The notes under the pieces: model-generated | Database searches by the model: none | The model's input: only the letters and a program-made list of their open reading frames with translations | Told to the model about the DNA's origin: nothing | Shown here: positions 49,301 through 62,077 of the stretch, piece by piece | Layout: the number at the start of each line of letters is the position of its first letter | Numbering within the stretch: the stretch's first letter is position 1 | Made by a program: the position numbers and the translations under genes | Assembly (NCBI GenBank): GCA_907165135.1 | Contig: OU015568.1 | Coordinates: forward strand, 310,001-374,000 | DNA: 64,000 nt | DNA from: Oikopleura dioica | Taxonomy: Eukaryota > Animalia > Chordata | Reading direction: 5' to 3'

Positions 49301-52300
49301 ATGTGCCCGACTTATCCTCCAGAAACAACGACCACGGAAGATCCTTACAAGCCGCCAAGTGCTGCTGATTACACGAAATGGTCATCCTGGTCGACTTGTT
49401 CAAAACCTTGCAATGGTGGAACTCAGTATCGAACACGAAAATGCAAGTCCGGTTACTGCTATGATAATTTGAGGCAAAACCGAGCTTGCAATAGAAAACC
49501 ATGCACGACGACATCCACTACAACTACAACAACAACAACCACAACCTATCGAGACAGCTGGGGTGCGTGGGGAGCGTGGGGCGAGTGCATCAAGACTGCT
49601 TACGGCGGAGTCAGATACCGAGAGCGCAAGTGCGAGGGATATTCAAATCGCTGCTACGGAAAGAAAAAGCAGAAAGGAAACTGCTACCCAGTTACTACTA
49701 CAACTTCGACCACAACAACGACGACACCGTACAAATCCGAGTGGTCTCAATGGTCAGCTTGGTCAAAGTGCTCAAAAACTTGCGGAGGCGGAATTTCGGA
49801 GCGAACAAGAAAATGCGTCAATAATTATTCCTCAGTCAAAAATTGCTATGGTCAAAATCGTCAAACAAGGGCCTGCAATCGTAAAAAATGCGGATACTAC
49901 ACCACTCCTGCGCCAACAACGGAATATCCAGCGAAATGCGAGACGAAATGGACAGAATGGGGCGAGTGGGGAGCCTGTTCGAAGACATGCGGATATGGCC
50001 GCGCCGTCAGAACACGAAAATGCCCTGTCGATTGTTATGACAACACTCCTTGTCCTGGCTCTAGCCAACAGAAGAAAACCTGCGTCCTTGACCAAAACTG
50101 TTACAAAACAACTACCACGACTACGACGACAACAACAACCACAACTACTTATGAAAAACCATGTGTTGGGGAGTGGTCCCATTGGTCCGAATGGGGCGCT
50201 TGTTCCGCTTCATGCGATGGGGGTATTATGGAGAAAATAAGGGTCTGTGAAGAGACAGAAGAATACGGCCGATGGAACCCAAGTTACAGAAAAAGAAGGT
50301 CGATTCATGAGGACTTCCCTCATGGCCCTCATGAGCCAACCAATCCACCGACCAGGCCACCAACGAATCCTCCCACTAACCCTGGCACAAAGCCTCCAAC
50401 TGGACCAACAGCTCTCCCAGTTCATCCGACTCAACCTTCCAAGTGCAAATGCAAAGGTTCTCCTGTTGCAAAGAAAAAGTGCAATAAAGAAAAGTGCGAT
50501 AACTTTTCTTACGTAAACAGTAAGTATCAAAAGATTTTCAAGAATCTTTAACTAAAATTAAGACGGTAAACCAGCTTGGGGACAATGGGGAGCATGGACA
50601 AAATGCTCTGTCACTTGTGGCAATGGAAGTATCTCTAGAACGTAAGAGCAATCATTCTTTCCTAGAAGCTTATCATTTCTAGTCGAGAATGTATTGAATA
50701 CGGAAAACCAGTTGACCCATCAAAATGCGGCGACGAAGATCTCTACTTTGAATCCAAAGAGTGCGAAACTGGAAAACAATGCTACGGAAACATGTTTGGT
50801 TGGGCAGAGTGGGGCGAGTGGACCAAATGCTCAAAGGTTTTTTGAAGAAAAATGCTATTTTTTTACCTTAAATTTTAGACTTGTAATGGAGGATCCAGAA
50901 CGAGAACTCGAAAGTGCAATACTTATAACTGTCCTGGAAAAGATACGGAAACGGAAAAATGCAGCGAATATGAGTGTGAAGACCTTTACGAATATGACAG
51001 CGAAACTGGATGGTCAAAATGGGGAGAATGGGGAGCTTGCACGACAACATGTGGAAAAGGTTTGAAAATGCTATTAATTGAAAATTGAGAGCTAATATAA
51101 GGATACCGTGAGCGTCGAAGAACCTGCACAAACGAGTACTCAACCTGCCCCGGCAAGCCATATCAACGAGAACAATGCAAAAAGCGAGAATGCGAAGGCG
51201 AATATGGCGGATACGGCTACCACGCTACGGACGTCTACAAGTCCACGTGTCCCTGGACAGACGACTCGAAACCCGATTGCAAGAGTGGTTACTGCTCCAT
51301 GCGATTCGCAAGCCCTTGCCTCCAGAAGCTCTTCAATGATCATTATATTGACATTTGCGAGTGGCAGGAAGCAACTGGCTTGATGAAAATGATCGTTGAG
51401 TTCTTGAAGCCGCTCGGAATTACTGCCGAACAAGTTTACGGAAAATGTGAGCATGGATTTATGCGAAGTGGAGCTGATGAGCCAATCATTTCGATCGACT
51501 TTGTCTTTGATGAAGACAAAGCAGAGATCATCTATCTAGAATCCGACTTTGGCGATGGACGCGAGGCAACTGAAAGCGGCAGCGGTGGACGAACTCTACC
51601 AAAATGCTCGGCCGAAGCTGGTCTTCTCCCGTGCTCTTTGACGAAATCGAAGAAAGTCACTGATGAAGCAAGTCTTTTCTATTACATGAGGGACATTATC
51701 GCTCATGTCAAACCGAGATGCAACACCGAATGGAACGTCAAGATCGACGCGCTTCTTCAGCGGTTCATGGGAGCTGTTATCTGCGATAGCTACAACCAAA
51801 ACAACAACAACCAAAGCAATCAGCAAGGTCATCAGAACCATAATCAAAACAACAACAACAATAACGGAAACAACCATAACAATCATCAAGGCAATAATCA
51901 TAACAACGATAACAACTATCAAAAACCGCAATATAATCAGCAAGGCGGTCAGAGTGGCCAATATTCCCAACAAAATCATCAAGGCGGATATAACAACCAA
52001 CAAAAACCACAACAATCCAGCCAGAAACCGCAGATTTCTCAGCAATCTCAGCAACACAACAACAATCACCAGCAATACAACCACAACAACAACTACACCC
52101 AAAACAACAATGCCTACAAACCAAGCCAAACCAACTACATCAACACCAGCTACAATTCGAATTATAATCCAATGTGGGGAATGTGGACTTCTTGGTCCAA
52201 ATGTCCGAAATCTTGTGGAACCGGCTGGATTGCTAGGAAACGCAAATGCTTGAACGCCATACCAGGCAAAAAGTAGGAAAAAACTTTAAAATAATTTCGA

Positions 52301-54490
52301 TAAAAATTTCTCACAGGGGCTGTACCGGCAAAAACGAAGAGACCAAGAAGTGCAACGTCCATGCATGCCCAGATTATCGACCGAAATGGGGACAGTGGAG
52401 TCACTGGAGCACATGCTCAGCCACTTGCGATAAAGGTACTCTCACAAGACTTTTGTTACTGACGAACTTTTAAGGCAAACAATATAGAGAGCGTCAATGC
52501 GTAACGAATAACTACAGTAACAACAACTACGGCTCAAGCTGCCAAGGAAGCAATTCTGAGTCCCGAACTTGTACCGCTTCTCAAACTTGCTACAACTACA
52601 GTAATAATAACAATGGTTACAACTACAAGCCACAGGACAGCTGGGGAACATGGGCGCCTTGGGGCAAATGTACAGTCACCTGCGGCGAGGGCAAGCAAAC
52701 GCGATACCGAGAGTGCTACGGGGAGTATTGTCCAGGAATCAGAGCTGAAACGAAGAAATGCTACGCTGGCGATTGTTATGGCTCATCGGGATATTACAGA
52801 CGAGCTGAAGGAGACTGGTCTGGTTGGTCTTTCTGGTCGCCTTGTTCAAAAACTTGCGAGGGTGGAAGTCGAACAAAACAGCGAGTTTGCCGCTCAGGTG
52901 CTTCTTGCCCAGGTGAATCGGAAGTCACCGAAGATTGCAATGTCGGAGTCACCTGCGTCGCCACTTTTGGTTTTGCGATGGGAGATGAAGGAGGAATGCA
53001 AATGGACGCTTTCGGAGATTTCAAGAAGCAGAAACCGGAAATCGAGCAATGCATCGCTGAATTCGCAGTCGAGTCTCAAGATTATTGCTCTTTCCGAGAA
53101 ATGACACTTGGAATCGAGGAGGAAATTGAGTCGCTGAAAGAAGCTTTTGTTTCTATTGGACACTACGTTGACGAGTTCCGAGCTAGCTTTGAAGAACTCG
53201 CGATTGAGCACCGCCGCCTTTCTGTCGACTCATCTACCTGTAAGACTGAATCGGATCTGTATTACAAAACGCAAGTCGGCGAAGAATGCAATCTCCGATC
53301 GAACAATCCCGGCGTTCTTTCCGAATATTTGAACATTTTCCAGGACAACTTAATTTCCTACCACTACTCTGCTTTCATCAATTGCGAAGTTTCAGAAAAA
53401 CCACTTGACCTTTTCAAGATATTCGACACCATCCGTCGACTTTCGTTCAACCTCAAAGAAGATATTGAATATCCACTATTGATTGTGAGCAATAATGGTT
53501 TTACAGGAGAAAGAGGTCTTGGATGGCCAGTATTTGAAGAAAGCGTCTTTGAATCTGGAACCAACTCGATTCCATCAGGTTAAATTGACTTTTCAACGAG
53601 ATATTTTTAATCATTTTAGGCCTCACCTGCGACAGGGACAACAAGTTCCAATCCTACGGTGGTCTTATCAAGGCCACATCAAGCCTCAACAACCTCCATC
53701 CCTGGCACACCGAGCTCAAGGTCACCTCCTTCGATGGCTCTGTCCATTTCTGCGGCGGTGTCATCATCGACGACGAGTTCATCCTCACCACTACTGAGCA
53801 TTGCTGTCTCGGAAGCACCTCCTCCATCGAAGCAATGATCGGTGGAGCAAAATGGATCGAAGGAGCGGACAGTTCTCGCGGCGAATTTTACGTCAAGAGC
53901 ATTTTCGTCAAGCCAAGAATTGATACTTCCGATGCTTGTTTGATCAAAGTCCCGTCTTTGTCAAAATCAAAGCCGGAGGAGTGCGAGGACTGCTTCGGAA
54001 AAGCTTGTTTGCCTCTTCGATCACAGGTTTTTAAAACTTGTCTTTGTCACCTAAAATCATAAAAAACTTTCAAGAGCCCAGAACATGGCCAGTATTGCTG
54101 GATGAAGGGATCAGAAATGGACCCAATGGCCAAGGTCGGAATCAATATTTATTCAGAAAGGTTTGTTTTTTTTCAGAAGATCAGATTTCTATCATCATTT
54201 TTCTAGCTATTGTTCCTTGAGCGGATATCTTCCGCCTGGCACAGTGGACTTTGAAAGCGAATTCTGCGCTGGAGAAATCGACTTGGACAATGACGGAATC
54301 TACGAAGCCGCCGAGGGAATCTGCACCGCCGATCGAGGATCCCCTCTCATTTGCGACTCTCCAGAAGGCACCGCGACGATCTTCGGTCTTTTGTCGAAAC
54401 AAACTGATGTTTCAAGTTGCTCTTCGAGCTGTTTTTGTCGATGTCTCGGCGATTACTGAGTCTCTTGTGAAACTGATGCAAACATCTTAA
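46370..54490 (+). CDS. Large secreted protein: PAN/apple, 19 TSP1 repeats with Thr-rich linkers, N/Q-rich tract, C-terminal inactive trypsin-like domain
   Basis: ATG 46370 plus intron 46375-46509 gives signal MRSLGGSLLLPFAFG. EDCISSC..GCHAF..CQL; repeated WxxWxxWxxCSxTCG..R.R.C. Spliced in frame (donor ~53579) to the protease domain. Confidence 0.85.
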
Positions 54491-54707
54491 TTATCTTCAT
54501 TATAAAATTGTCTTTTTCCAATAAACTATACTATTTTTACCATTTTTATGCCCGAAAGAACGAAAAGAATTGATTTTTTCAAAGTTCAAAATTTCGCAAA
54601 ATCAAATATTTATCTTTTGAAATGATTTTCTCCAGACATCAAACAAATGAACTGCTATCAAGCTAGTACCACTTTTTCTTTCTAGCCACACCCTTTTTAT
54701 TTTTAAA

Positions 54708-56373
54708 ATGTGGAAATTCGCAGGGCTTGTTGGCTTGCTAGGTTTGCAGATAAGTCTGTCGAGGAAGTGGAGAAAGGAGGCGGCGAAAATGGAGAGAAAC
54801 GATAATTGGAGCAGTTTGGAAAATATTTGGACGGTGGATGAAATTGCGGAGATTAAAAATCAAATGCGAAAAAGAGGCCTTTTCAGGTAAAATACTTTCA
54901 GCTTCTTTAACAAGCGAGATTACACAAAATATTTAAATTCATCTCCGTAACGACAAGACAATTTTCAAAAAAATCGCAACGGAAAACATACTTATTGTTT
55001 TCTCTCATCTTCATTTTTCTTCTCTAGAACCGCTACAAACTTGGACAACCACGCAATAAACGACCACATCGGCGAAAAAACTGCCCTCCTCCCTGATGGC
55101 ACCTGTGCGCACCCCTACATGCTCCCCAATTCCAAGCGCGAGTACTGCACTCTCGCTGGAAGATTCGATGTCGGAGTGCACCACGTGATCTCGGGAGGCC
55201 CGCAGTCGAAGAAAATGTACCGCGACGATTTGGCAAATTTGATCGGTTCCACTTTCTTCCAGCAGTATTTTTCGCACATCAAAGACGGGCCCGATTCTCT
55301 CTCTTCCGTCGGCGCTATCTCCAAAGTCTTCGCTTCTGAACAATACAAAGCCGTTTCTGAAAAGTTCTGTCCTTCGCCAAAGAAAAATCATCAAGAAATG
55401 ATGGCGCTGACGGTTTTGCTTCCTGGATCGGAACTGGCTGTTCATTACGACAATCCGTATTTCATGGAGTTTTCGAGGGAGAGTACCCCGGTTTGGCTGC
55501 TAGTTGCGCTGAGGCAAAGTGGAGTGATCAATGAGAATGAAGTTCCGCAGATTCAAGGAGTTGCATACATGTTAGTTCGATAGCTTCCTGACCACTCTGC
55601 CTGTAGATTTTATCTAGATATACAAGTGATTGCGCATTTCTGGTCTTTATTGCCATTTTAGTCACGGAAACGAAACAAACCCATATGTCGACGGAGGCGA
55701 TTTCGTCTTCTGGCCACATGGTCCAAAAGGCGAAAAGTACTCTTTTCGAGCAAAACATAATTCCGCTATTATTGTTGGTGAGTGTTTGCTGATCTTCTTC
55801 CTTGATATCAAAATTCATTTTCAGACGGAGTAAAAACAGCGCACGGGGTTGAAACTTTTCGTCCGAATTCGAAGGCTTTTATTGCCAACAAAGACAAAGC
55901 AACTGAGCTCAGATACAAGGAGGGCGAAACGTGGGAGCTTTTTGAAGACGGAAAATTCATGTAAGAACGGAGCGCTTTTGAAAATTCAAGAATTTTTGAA
56001 GCCGAACTTTTGATGAGTCGGAAATCCGAATCGGAGTCGTTTGGAGAACACTCTGTCTTGATGATGAAAATCAATATGAAACTTGGAGAAAAACTAGAAA
56101 TGACAAATCTTCTCAAGACGCGGTCGAGATTTTGAAGAAAAAACTCAAAGAAGATGGAAAACCCATTCCAAGTAGGCTCTTTTGTCAAAACTGCAGAAAC
56201 GTTATTTTTAAGGTGACCCGGTTGAACTTGCAAAATCATTTGTCGAAGCTTATGTCGAATATCCTTTTGGCGACGGAATCATTCCTTACAACTTTTGTGC
56301 CTTGACCGAAATCATTCCTCAAAATTTCAAATCCTACGCAAAAATGCTTCTTGATCCGCTTTGCAAAATATAA
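54708..56373 (+). CDS. Uncharacterised 2OG-Fe(II) oxygenase-like protein with N-terminal hydrophobic segment
   Basis: LLPGSELAVHYDNP (HxD), GGDFVFWP, AIIV|DGVKTAHGV (distal His), EIRIGVVWRT (Arg); double-stranded beta-helix pattern. Confidence 0.6.
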
Positions 56374-56494
56374 AATATTTGAATAGAAAATTTAAATAAG
56401 AGTGTTTTTGTAAGCAGTGAGGAAGAGGTAATTTTTATAGGTAGTGAATCCGAAACTTCGAAAAGAAATTCGTCGTTTTGATAAATGATGATTA

Positions 56495-56825
56495 GGGCCG
56501 ACGCGTAAAAAATCAACCCCAAGAAAGCATCAACGTAGAGAGCTGAAACTTCGGGAGGTAATGTTACATTACTAATGTAGTTCGACCCAAATAAAAAAAT
56601 TGCTATCGAAAATTTACTTCTGGTATGAGCTGATCGACCTTGATCAGGCGTTCAAGGTCGTCAAGCTATTTTAGCTTTTCGGAGGCCTGTATCACGTGAC
56701 CACGTGACAAGACCAAACAATTTTCAATAGCAATTTTTTTAAGTTTGGTCGAACTACACTATGTCCCGAAATTTCAGCTCTCTACGTTAATGCTTTCTTG
56801 GGGATGATTTTTTACGCGTCGGCCC
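56495..56825. mobile_element. MITE with ~60+ bp TIRs, TA flanks
   Basis: ta|gggccgacgcgtaaaaaatcaaccccaagaaagca ... tgctttcttggggatgattttttacgcgtcggccc|ta. Confidence 0.9.
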
Positions 56826-56915
56826 TAATTATCATGAAGATTTTCCGAGAAAGAGTTTCGCCGATCATGTTTATTTATTTCATGATATTTAGTAAAAAAG
56901 GCAGAAACAAGAAAC

Positions 56916-59906
56916 TTATTTTAAAAATGGTCTTCTTTGAAAAAAACCTCGAAATCGAGGCTGCTCCTTTCTCGTTTGAATCGGCATTTCCAAGGACAAG
57001 TGAGAAACCAAATCGTCTGTATTTTCTAGAACAAGGAGCTCCCGTCGCTTTCTGGTTGCATCGCTATCGCAAGTGTTATCGCAGTCCGCGCACAATCGTA
57101 CATCGCAGTGTAAATATCTTAACAAGCAAAAATGATAAAAACACTGATTTTGTAGATTTTTCTCGACTTATCATCATTGAGAAGCAAATTTGTCCAATTG
57201 GCTATTTCGTCACTCGTAATTACGATTTTTCTTATTAATAAAATTCTCAACTTACAATGAAGAACTTTCATCGCCGTCAAACAAAAAGCTTTTGACGGAA
57301 AATCTCGCATCGGAGCTCCCGAAATTCTGGAAAATCTCGATTGAACCCTCCTCAGCATTTGTTTCCCCGCATCCGTCTTCGATGAAAGTATAGAAGAGAG
57401 CATCAGCAGGATCGGGAGAACCAGTGAACCAGCATTTCTCGACGCCAAGTTTGAGGTCTCCAGGAGCGGTTGTGGAGATTCCAACAAAGATTTTTTCTTA
57501 AAAGAGTTTTGACTCGAAACTTTTAAGGATTGAAGTTAGGGTTAGGTTACGGACCGAAATGAAAAGGAGCTTTATAAGGGGGTGGCATCAGGAACCGACA
57601 AAAAAATTTCGACAAATTTTGCGTGGTTGGCTACTCGGCTTCTGATTGGCCTGTTAGCCAAATCCAGGATTCTGGTTGGCTGAAAATTTCCACGCAAAAT
57701 TTGTCGGGATTTTTGTCGGTTTCTGACACCTCCCCTTCAAAAAATTTGACCAATCCTAAATTCTAAAATGAGCCTCATAAATTTCTATTCATCCTTTTCA
57801 ATGAAAAATGATTTTACCTGGGACATCAAATTCCGCATCCGCCTCAACAAAATCCTCGTAAGTAGCGTCCTTGTAAATCGCCATTTGATAGTCGAGTTGC
57901 ACAGCCGTCGATTTCAAATTGACGATTCCTGCGGGGACGACAGTTTGCAAATAGCCCATGTTAAACGCTGATACTGTCAGTGAGATTGGGTAAGTGCACG
58001 CGAAATTGACTGTTTGTTGGTGTTTCTACTGTAATTAAGCCAGTGCGACGCGCATGAGGATTTGAGTCGACTTCCGCTTTCCGGAATAAGAAAAAGAAGA
58101 TCGTTTCTGATGCGCTAGGCAAACTTGAAATTTTGGAAATCTAGTTTTCCAGCAAAATAAACACCATTTCCTTTTGCTTCGCGAATTCTAGTGATTTTGC
58201 CAACTTGAAGACCCGTTCGCCCTGAGACAGCATTTGACAAGGTGTAATGCGTCGAATTAGCCTCTCGATGAGTTCTGTCCATGGTGAATTTGTACAGTAT
58301 TTAAGCAGCTACGCGATACTGTCAAAATGATAGCTCGCTCTATTCGTTTTGTTGACAGATTTTGTTGATAAATCGAATCAAAATTGACACGTGCCTGGCA
58401 GCTCAGGGCAAAATTGGCTGTTTCCAGGCTATTTTTGGTGGCCTTTTCTTTTTTCCAAAAATTTTTAGTGACTCCCTTATTTTTTGTCTCAAAACTTGTC
58501 CAAGATAATCTTCCTTTTATAAAGTCCCTTGACACCCTTAAGTTAAGTTAGACAGTCATATGACTCATATGATATGAGATAGGACCTCAAGACCGATAAC
58601 CCGACTTTATCATTAATCCTAACCCAAATCCTAACTCTTGCCCTTTTTAGATCCTCAATTTCACCATTCCTGCAGCTATCCCTTTCCTCCAATGTCCAGA
58701 CAAACCTGTCTCCATCTTCACTAAATTCTCCCATGCAATGATCATCATCTCCAGCAGCTAGGCCGAGTCCCGTACCACCCTCTGGCCCATCCAGGTTCAA
58801 ATCGTCGATGGAAAAGCCGTAGTAGACCATGGCGCAGCGGTCGATCTCGATTTTCATGTTGTCGATGCCGCAAGTTTGCCAGGCGTAGTCTTCAAGATTC
58901 ATCTGTCGACGCGCAGGAAACTGCGAAAAATCGCAACAGGTTTCTGGCAATTCCATCGACTCAAATTCAACTGGAGCGCAATGTCGCTGAGAATTTCTCA
59001 TCACGAAAATCAGCTCTTGTTCGTCCGTCATTAGCATCGAAGCTTGAGAACAGAAACTTGAAGTTGAATTATCAGCAGAGTCGCGGTCGACAAAGGCGAA
59101 ACCGGCGGTGATGCTTCCACTGAAACCGTCAAGTTCGAAGTCTGTTGGATCGAGTGGGATCGGATCTGGGCGATTGGGGTCGACAAAACGGATGTTCCAG
59201 CAGTTGTTTTTCAAATAGCTGAGCTCTTTGTTCGATGGCTAGGAAAAAATGAAGATTTTGAGTATGTTTTATGAGATCGCATTTTAGTCTAGTGACGCCC
59301 TTATTCTCGTTTACCAAAAGAAAAAAACTAATATTTATCTAGTTTTTCTTTCCCTTACTCTAACCCAAACCCTAAAAGATTGAGCATTTAACACCAGATT
59401 TTTATTGGAGAGTTTCTTTTATCATAGTGACACCCTTATTTTATTTGACAAAAAGAGAGGTCTAATAGACTATTAGTAATAGTGGTTTTTCGAAATAATA
59501 CGGGGGTCAATAGATTATCTCTCTTGCGAAAATTCTTATTCAAAATTCCTACGTCCTTGGTTATCAAAATCTGTTTCTCTCGGTAATCTACGTAAATTCC
59601 ATCAATAGCGACCCTCGAAGTACATAAAGCTGCCGCAATCCGTCGACACACAAAAAATTACTTATCAAAGCTCACCTGAAGATAGCACTCGCCATCGTAT
59701 GCTGAGAAATCGTGGTGGAATTCTATTTTGCCTGTTTCTTCGTTGAACTTGAAATAGTCGTAAATATCGCCTTGGCCGGGCAGTTCTTCGGTTTCGCCAT
59801 CTCCAGAAAAATCGCCGGAAAAAGAGCCGGAACCTTCAGTTTCCCAACATTTTGGAATTCCGGCGAAAACGGGAGCGCAAAAAATAACAGTTTTTAAAAG
59901 TTTCAT
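56916..59906 (-). CDS. Secreted ZP-domain protein
   Basis: Signal MKLLKTVIFCAPVFAG; ZP-N TCGIDNMKIEIDRC...NSTHYTLSN..VNFACTYP; ZP-C LGVEKCWFT..FIEDGC..ARFSVKSFLF..YLHCDVRLC; furin site RKRR; no TM seen. Confidence 0.8.
57576..57737. mobile_element. Palindromic MITE in a ZP intron
   Basis: aagggggtggcatcaggaaccgacaaaaa..cgacaaattttgcgtgg pairs with ccacgcaaaatttgtcgg..tttttgtcggtttctgacacctcccctt. Confidence 0.8.
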
Positions 59907-60337
59907 TTTTTTTTTCAAAAAATCTCGTGAATTTTTCTCCGAAAATTTGAAAAATATTTTCTCAAAAATCCGAACTGATGATTTTTTATCGAAGATGGAA
60001 GGATATTTATACCGATCATGCCGATTTTCACGGTTAAACCCGGCTCATATAATTCCAGCCGGGCAATATTGCATTACAAATAGAACACGTACTCGGCGGA
60101 AAATTTGATGATGTCATAATTGAACCTTTCAATGATTGAATGATTGGGACAGGTTTGGAAAAGAAACAAAATTTATTAACAAAAAAAGCGGAGATTTCTA
60201 AACATAAATTTTTCCAAGAGCAAGTCGTTTTCGCGTTTCTAAGATCAGCGTTCGACGGGGTCGAGAGGTCGGTTCTTCGTATAAATTTCTGAAAAAAATA
60301 TTTCCTAGCAGGCTTTTTCATCGATTTTTAGCATAGA

Positions 60338-60474
60338 GACACCCTTATTTTCTTCTCAAAATAAGAATTTGATCATTTTTTCGTTTTTTTTTTGTATTTT
60401 CCTCAGCAACTTTTAGTTGAAAGAATTTAAAATCTCAATTATCTTTCTGTTCTTATGAAAAAAATAAAGGTGTC
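60338..60474. mobile_element. Small TIR element (gacacccttattt family)
   Basis: gacacccttattttcttctcaaaataagaa pairs with ttcttatgaaaaaaataaaggtgtc. Related ends at ~58467, 59290 and 59426. Confidence 0.55.
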
Positions 60475-61859
60475 CTTTTTTATTTCCGAAGAAAAGTCCC
60501 GCAAAAGATTTTTTCTATGAATTTTCTTCGCGAATTTTTTACCTGATCATAGTTTTTGAGCGACATCTTGGCGGAGGAACTTTTGTCGGATAAGTTTTCG
60601 CCCTGAATAAATACAATAACTTCCCCTTCAAAAATCATTGATTCAGATGCAGCGGAAGCTGCGATTTATGTCGTTTTCTCAAACACTCTGAAAAGCGAGA
60701 TTTTTTAGTACCGTATGCTTGCTCGTAGATCGCGATGATTTCCGTCCGCTAGGCCGCCAAATGACTGTATTTCAGGCTCAATTGATAATATATTTTTATT
60801 AATACAGGTTTGGAGAGTATAGATAAAGCGAACCCTTTGCTTAATTTATCGGTAATTTAGAGCAAAAAAAATCAATATGCAACATATTTTGAAAAGATTT
60901 ATGGTTCCTCAATTTTTCTTCAGAAAATTGAGCCCTTGACCAAATAGATCTCATCATTTCGCCTCGTTTAACGACGTCGATCCTTTCCGTGACAGGCGAT
61001 CTGCAGCATTCAATGGCAGGCAGCTTTTTATCGAATATAAATTGCATCAATCAATTGTTATCCCCTTGTAAATTTATCAAAATGACCTTGAGCTAACAAT
61101 ACAACTTTCACTGCCCGCTCTATTCTGCGTTTGAAAATTCACATCAACAAGAATCTTTCAAAAAATAAAAGTTAATTTTCATCGAAATAATTTTTAATAA
61201 TTTTTTATCATTTATAAATTATAAATAAGAAAAAAATTTAAGAATTTTTTATTTTGAAATCTTAAATTTTGACTTGATTTATTAATTTAATTTTGATAAA
61301 ACATTAAGGGTATCCCTTCGTAAAGTCTTAAAAAATGAGATCTTGTTCTTTAAATTTTTATCCGATCCTTGAAACTATTCTTTGAAGAAGTCTTTGAAAC
61401 TGACCTTGAAATGCTGTTTCCCTCTCTTTCTTTTTCTTTCTTGCTCATTTGTTGCCCGTTGTTTTTGCTCATTTTTTATCTTTTCCTGTCTGATTTCCCC
61501 AAAAAACTTGATGGAGTCTAAACAAAAACGACTGCACTCTACTAGCAACTCGCTCGCGGCGATGTTCTTTTCAAATATCTGCTTGATGGCGCTGCCACGA
61601 AATATACGAGTTAAATTTTTGAAAATGACGAATAAGTTCATCTAGATTTTTGCTCACCTTGTTTGCATGTAGGGGTTCGTTGTTTACTCCAATTTGTAAA
61701 CGAGGAAAGCGAGATCATTTAATTGCTCTCAATAAAAAATCGAAGGAAAAAATGATCATAAAATACATTATTTCAACTTCAAAAGACTTCGAAGCTTTTG
61801 CTTTCTGCAATGATTTTTCTACCTTTCCATCCCTAGTCAGAAATATTAAAAATAAATTT

Positions 61860-62070
61860 CTTCTCAAAATGAAATACTGCATAAATTCCCGAGCAAAAAG
61901 CCAACAAAACGCCCACTTCCTAAAAAATTTCCAAGTAAGCTTGAGAAACCATCACCTTGCAGAACGAATAACGAATAACAGTGAGAATAATTCTAAACGC
62001 CCTGAAATCTTGAGAAAAAACAGATGCTCACAACAAAAAATTTTTCACCAATATATTGTGGATTATTCTG
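61860..62070 (-). pseudogene. Degenerate MFS-like fragment, homologous to 9660-9830
   Basis: Reads ...FFVVSICFF..*..VLQGDGFSSLLGNFLGSGRFVGFLLGNLC, with in-frame stops. Confidence 0.35.
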
Positions 62071-62077
62071 AGACAAA

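Noticed and set aside
48621-52253. Long alternative-frame and antisense ORFs over the TSP1 gene (e.g. hydrophobic 51596-52129)
   Set aside because: Shadows of repetitive Thr/Asn/Gln codons on the coding strand.
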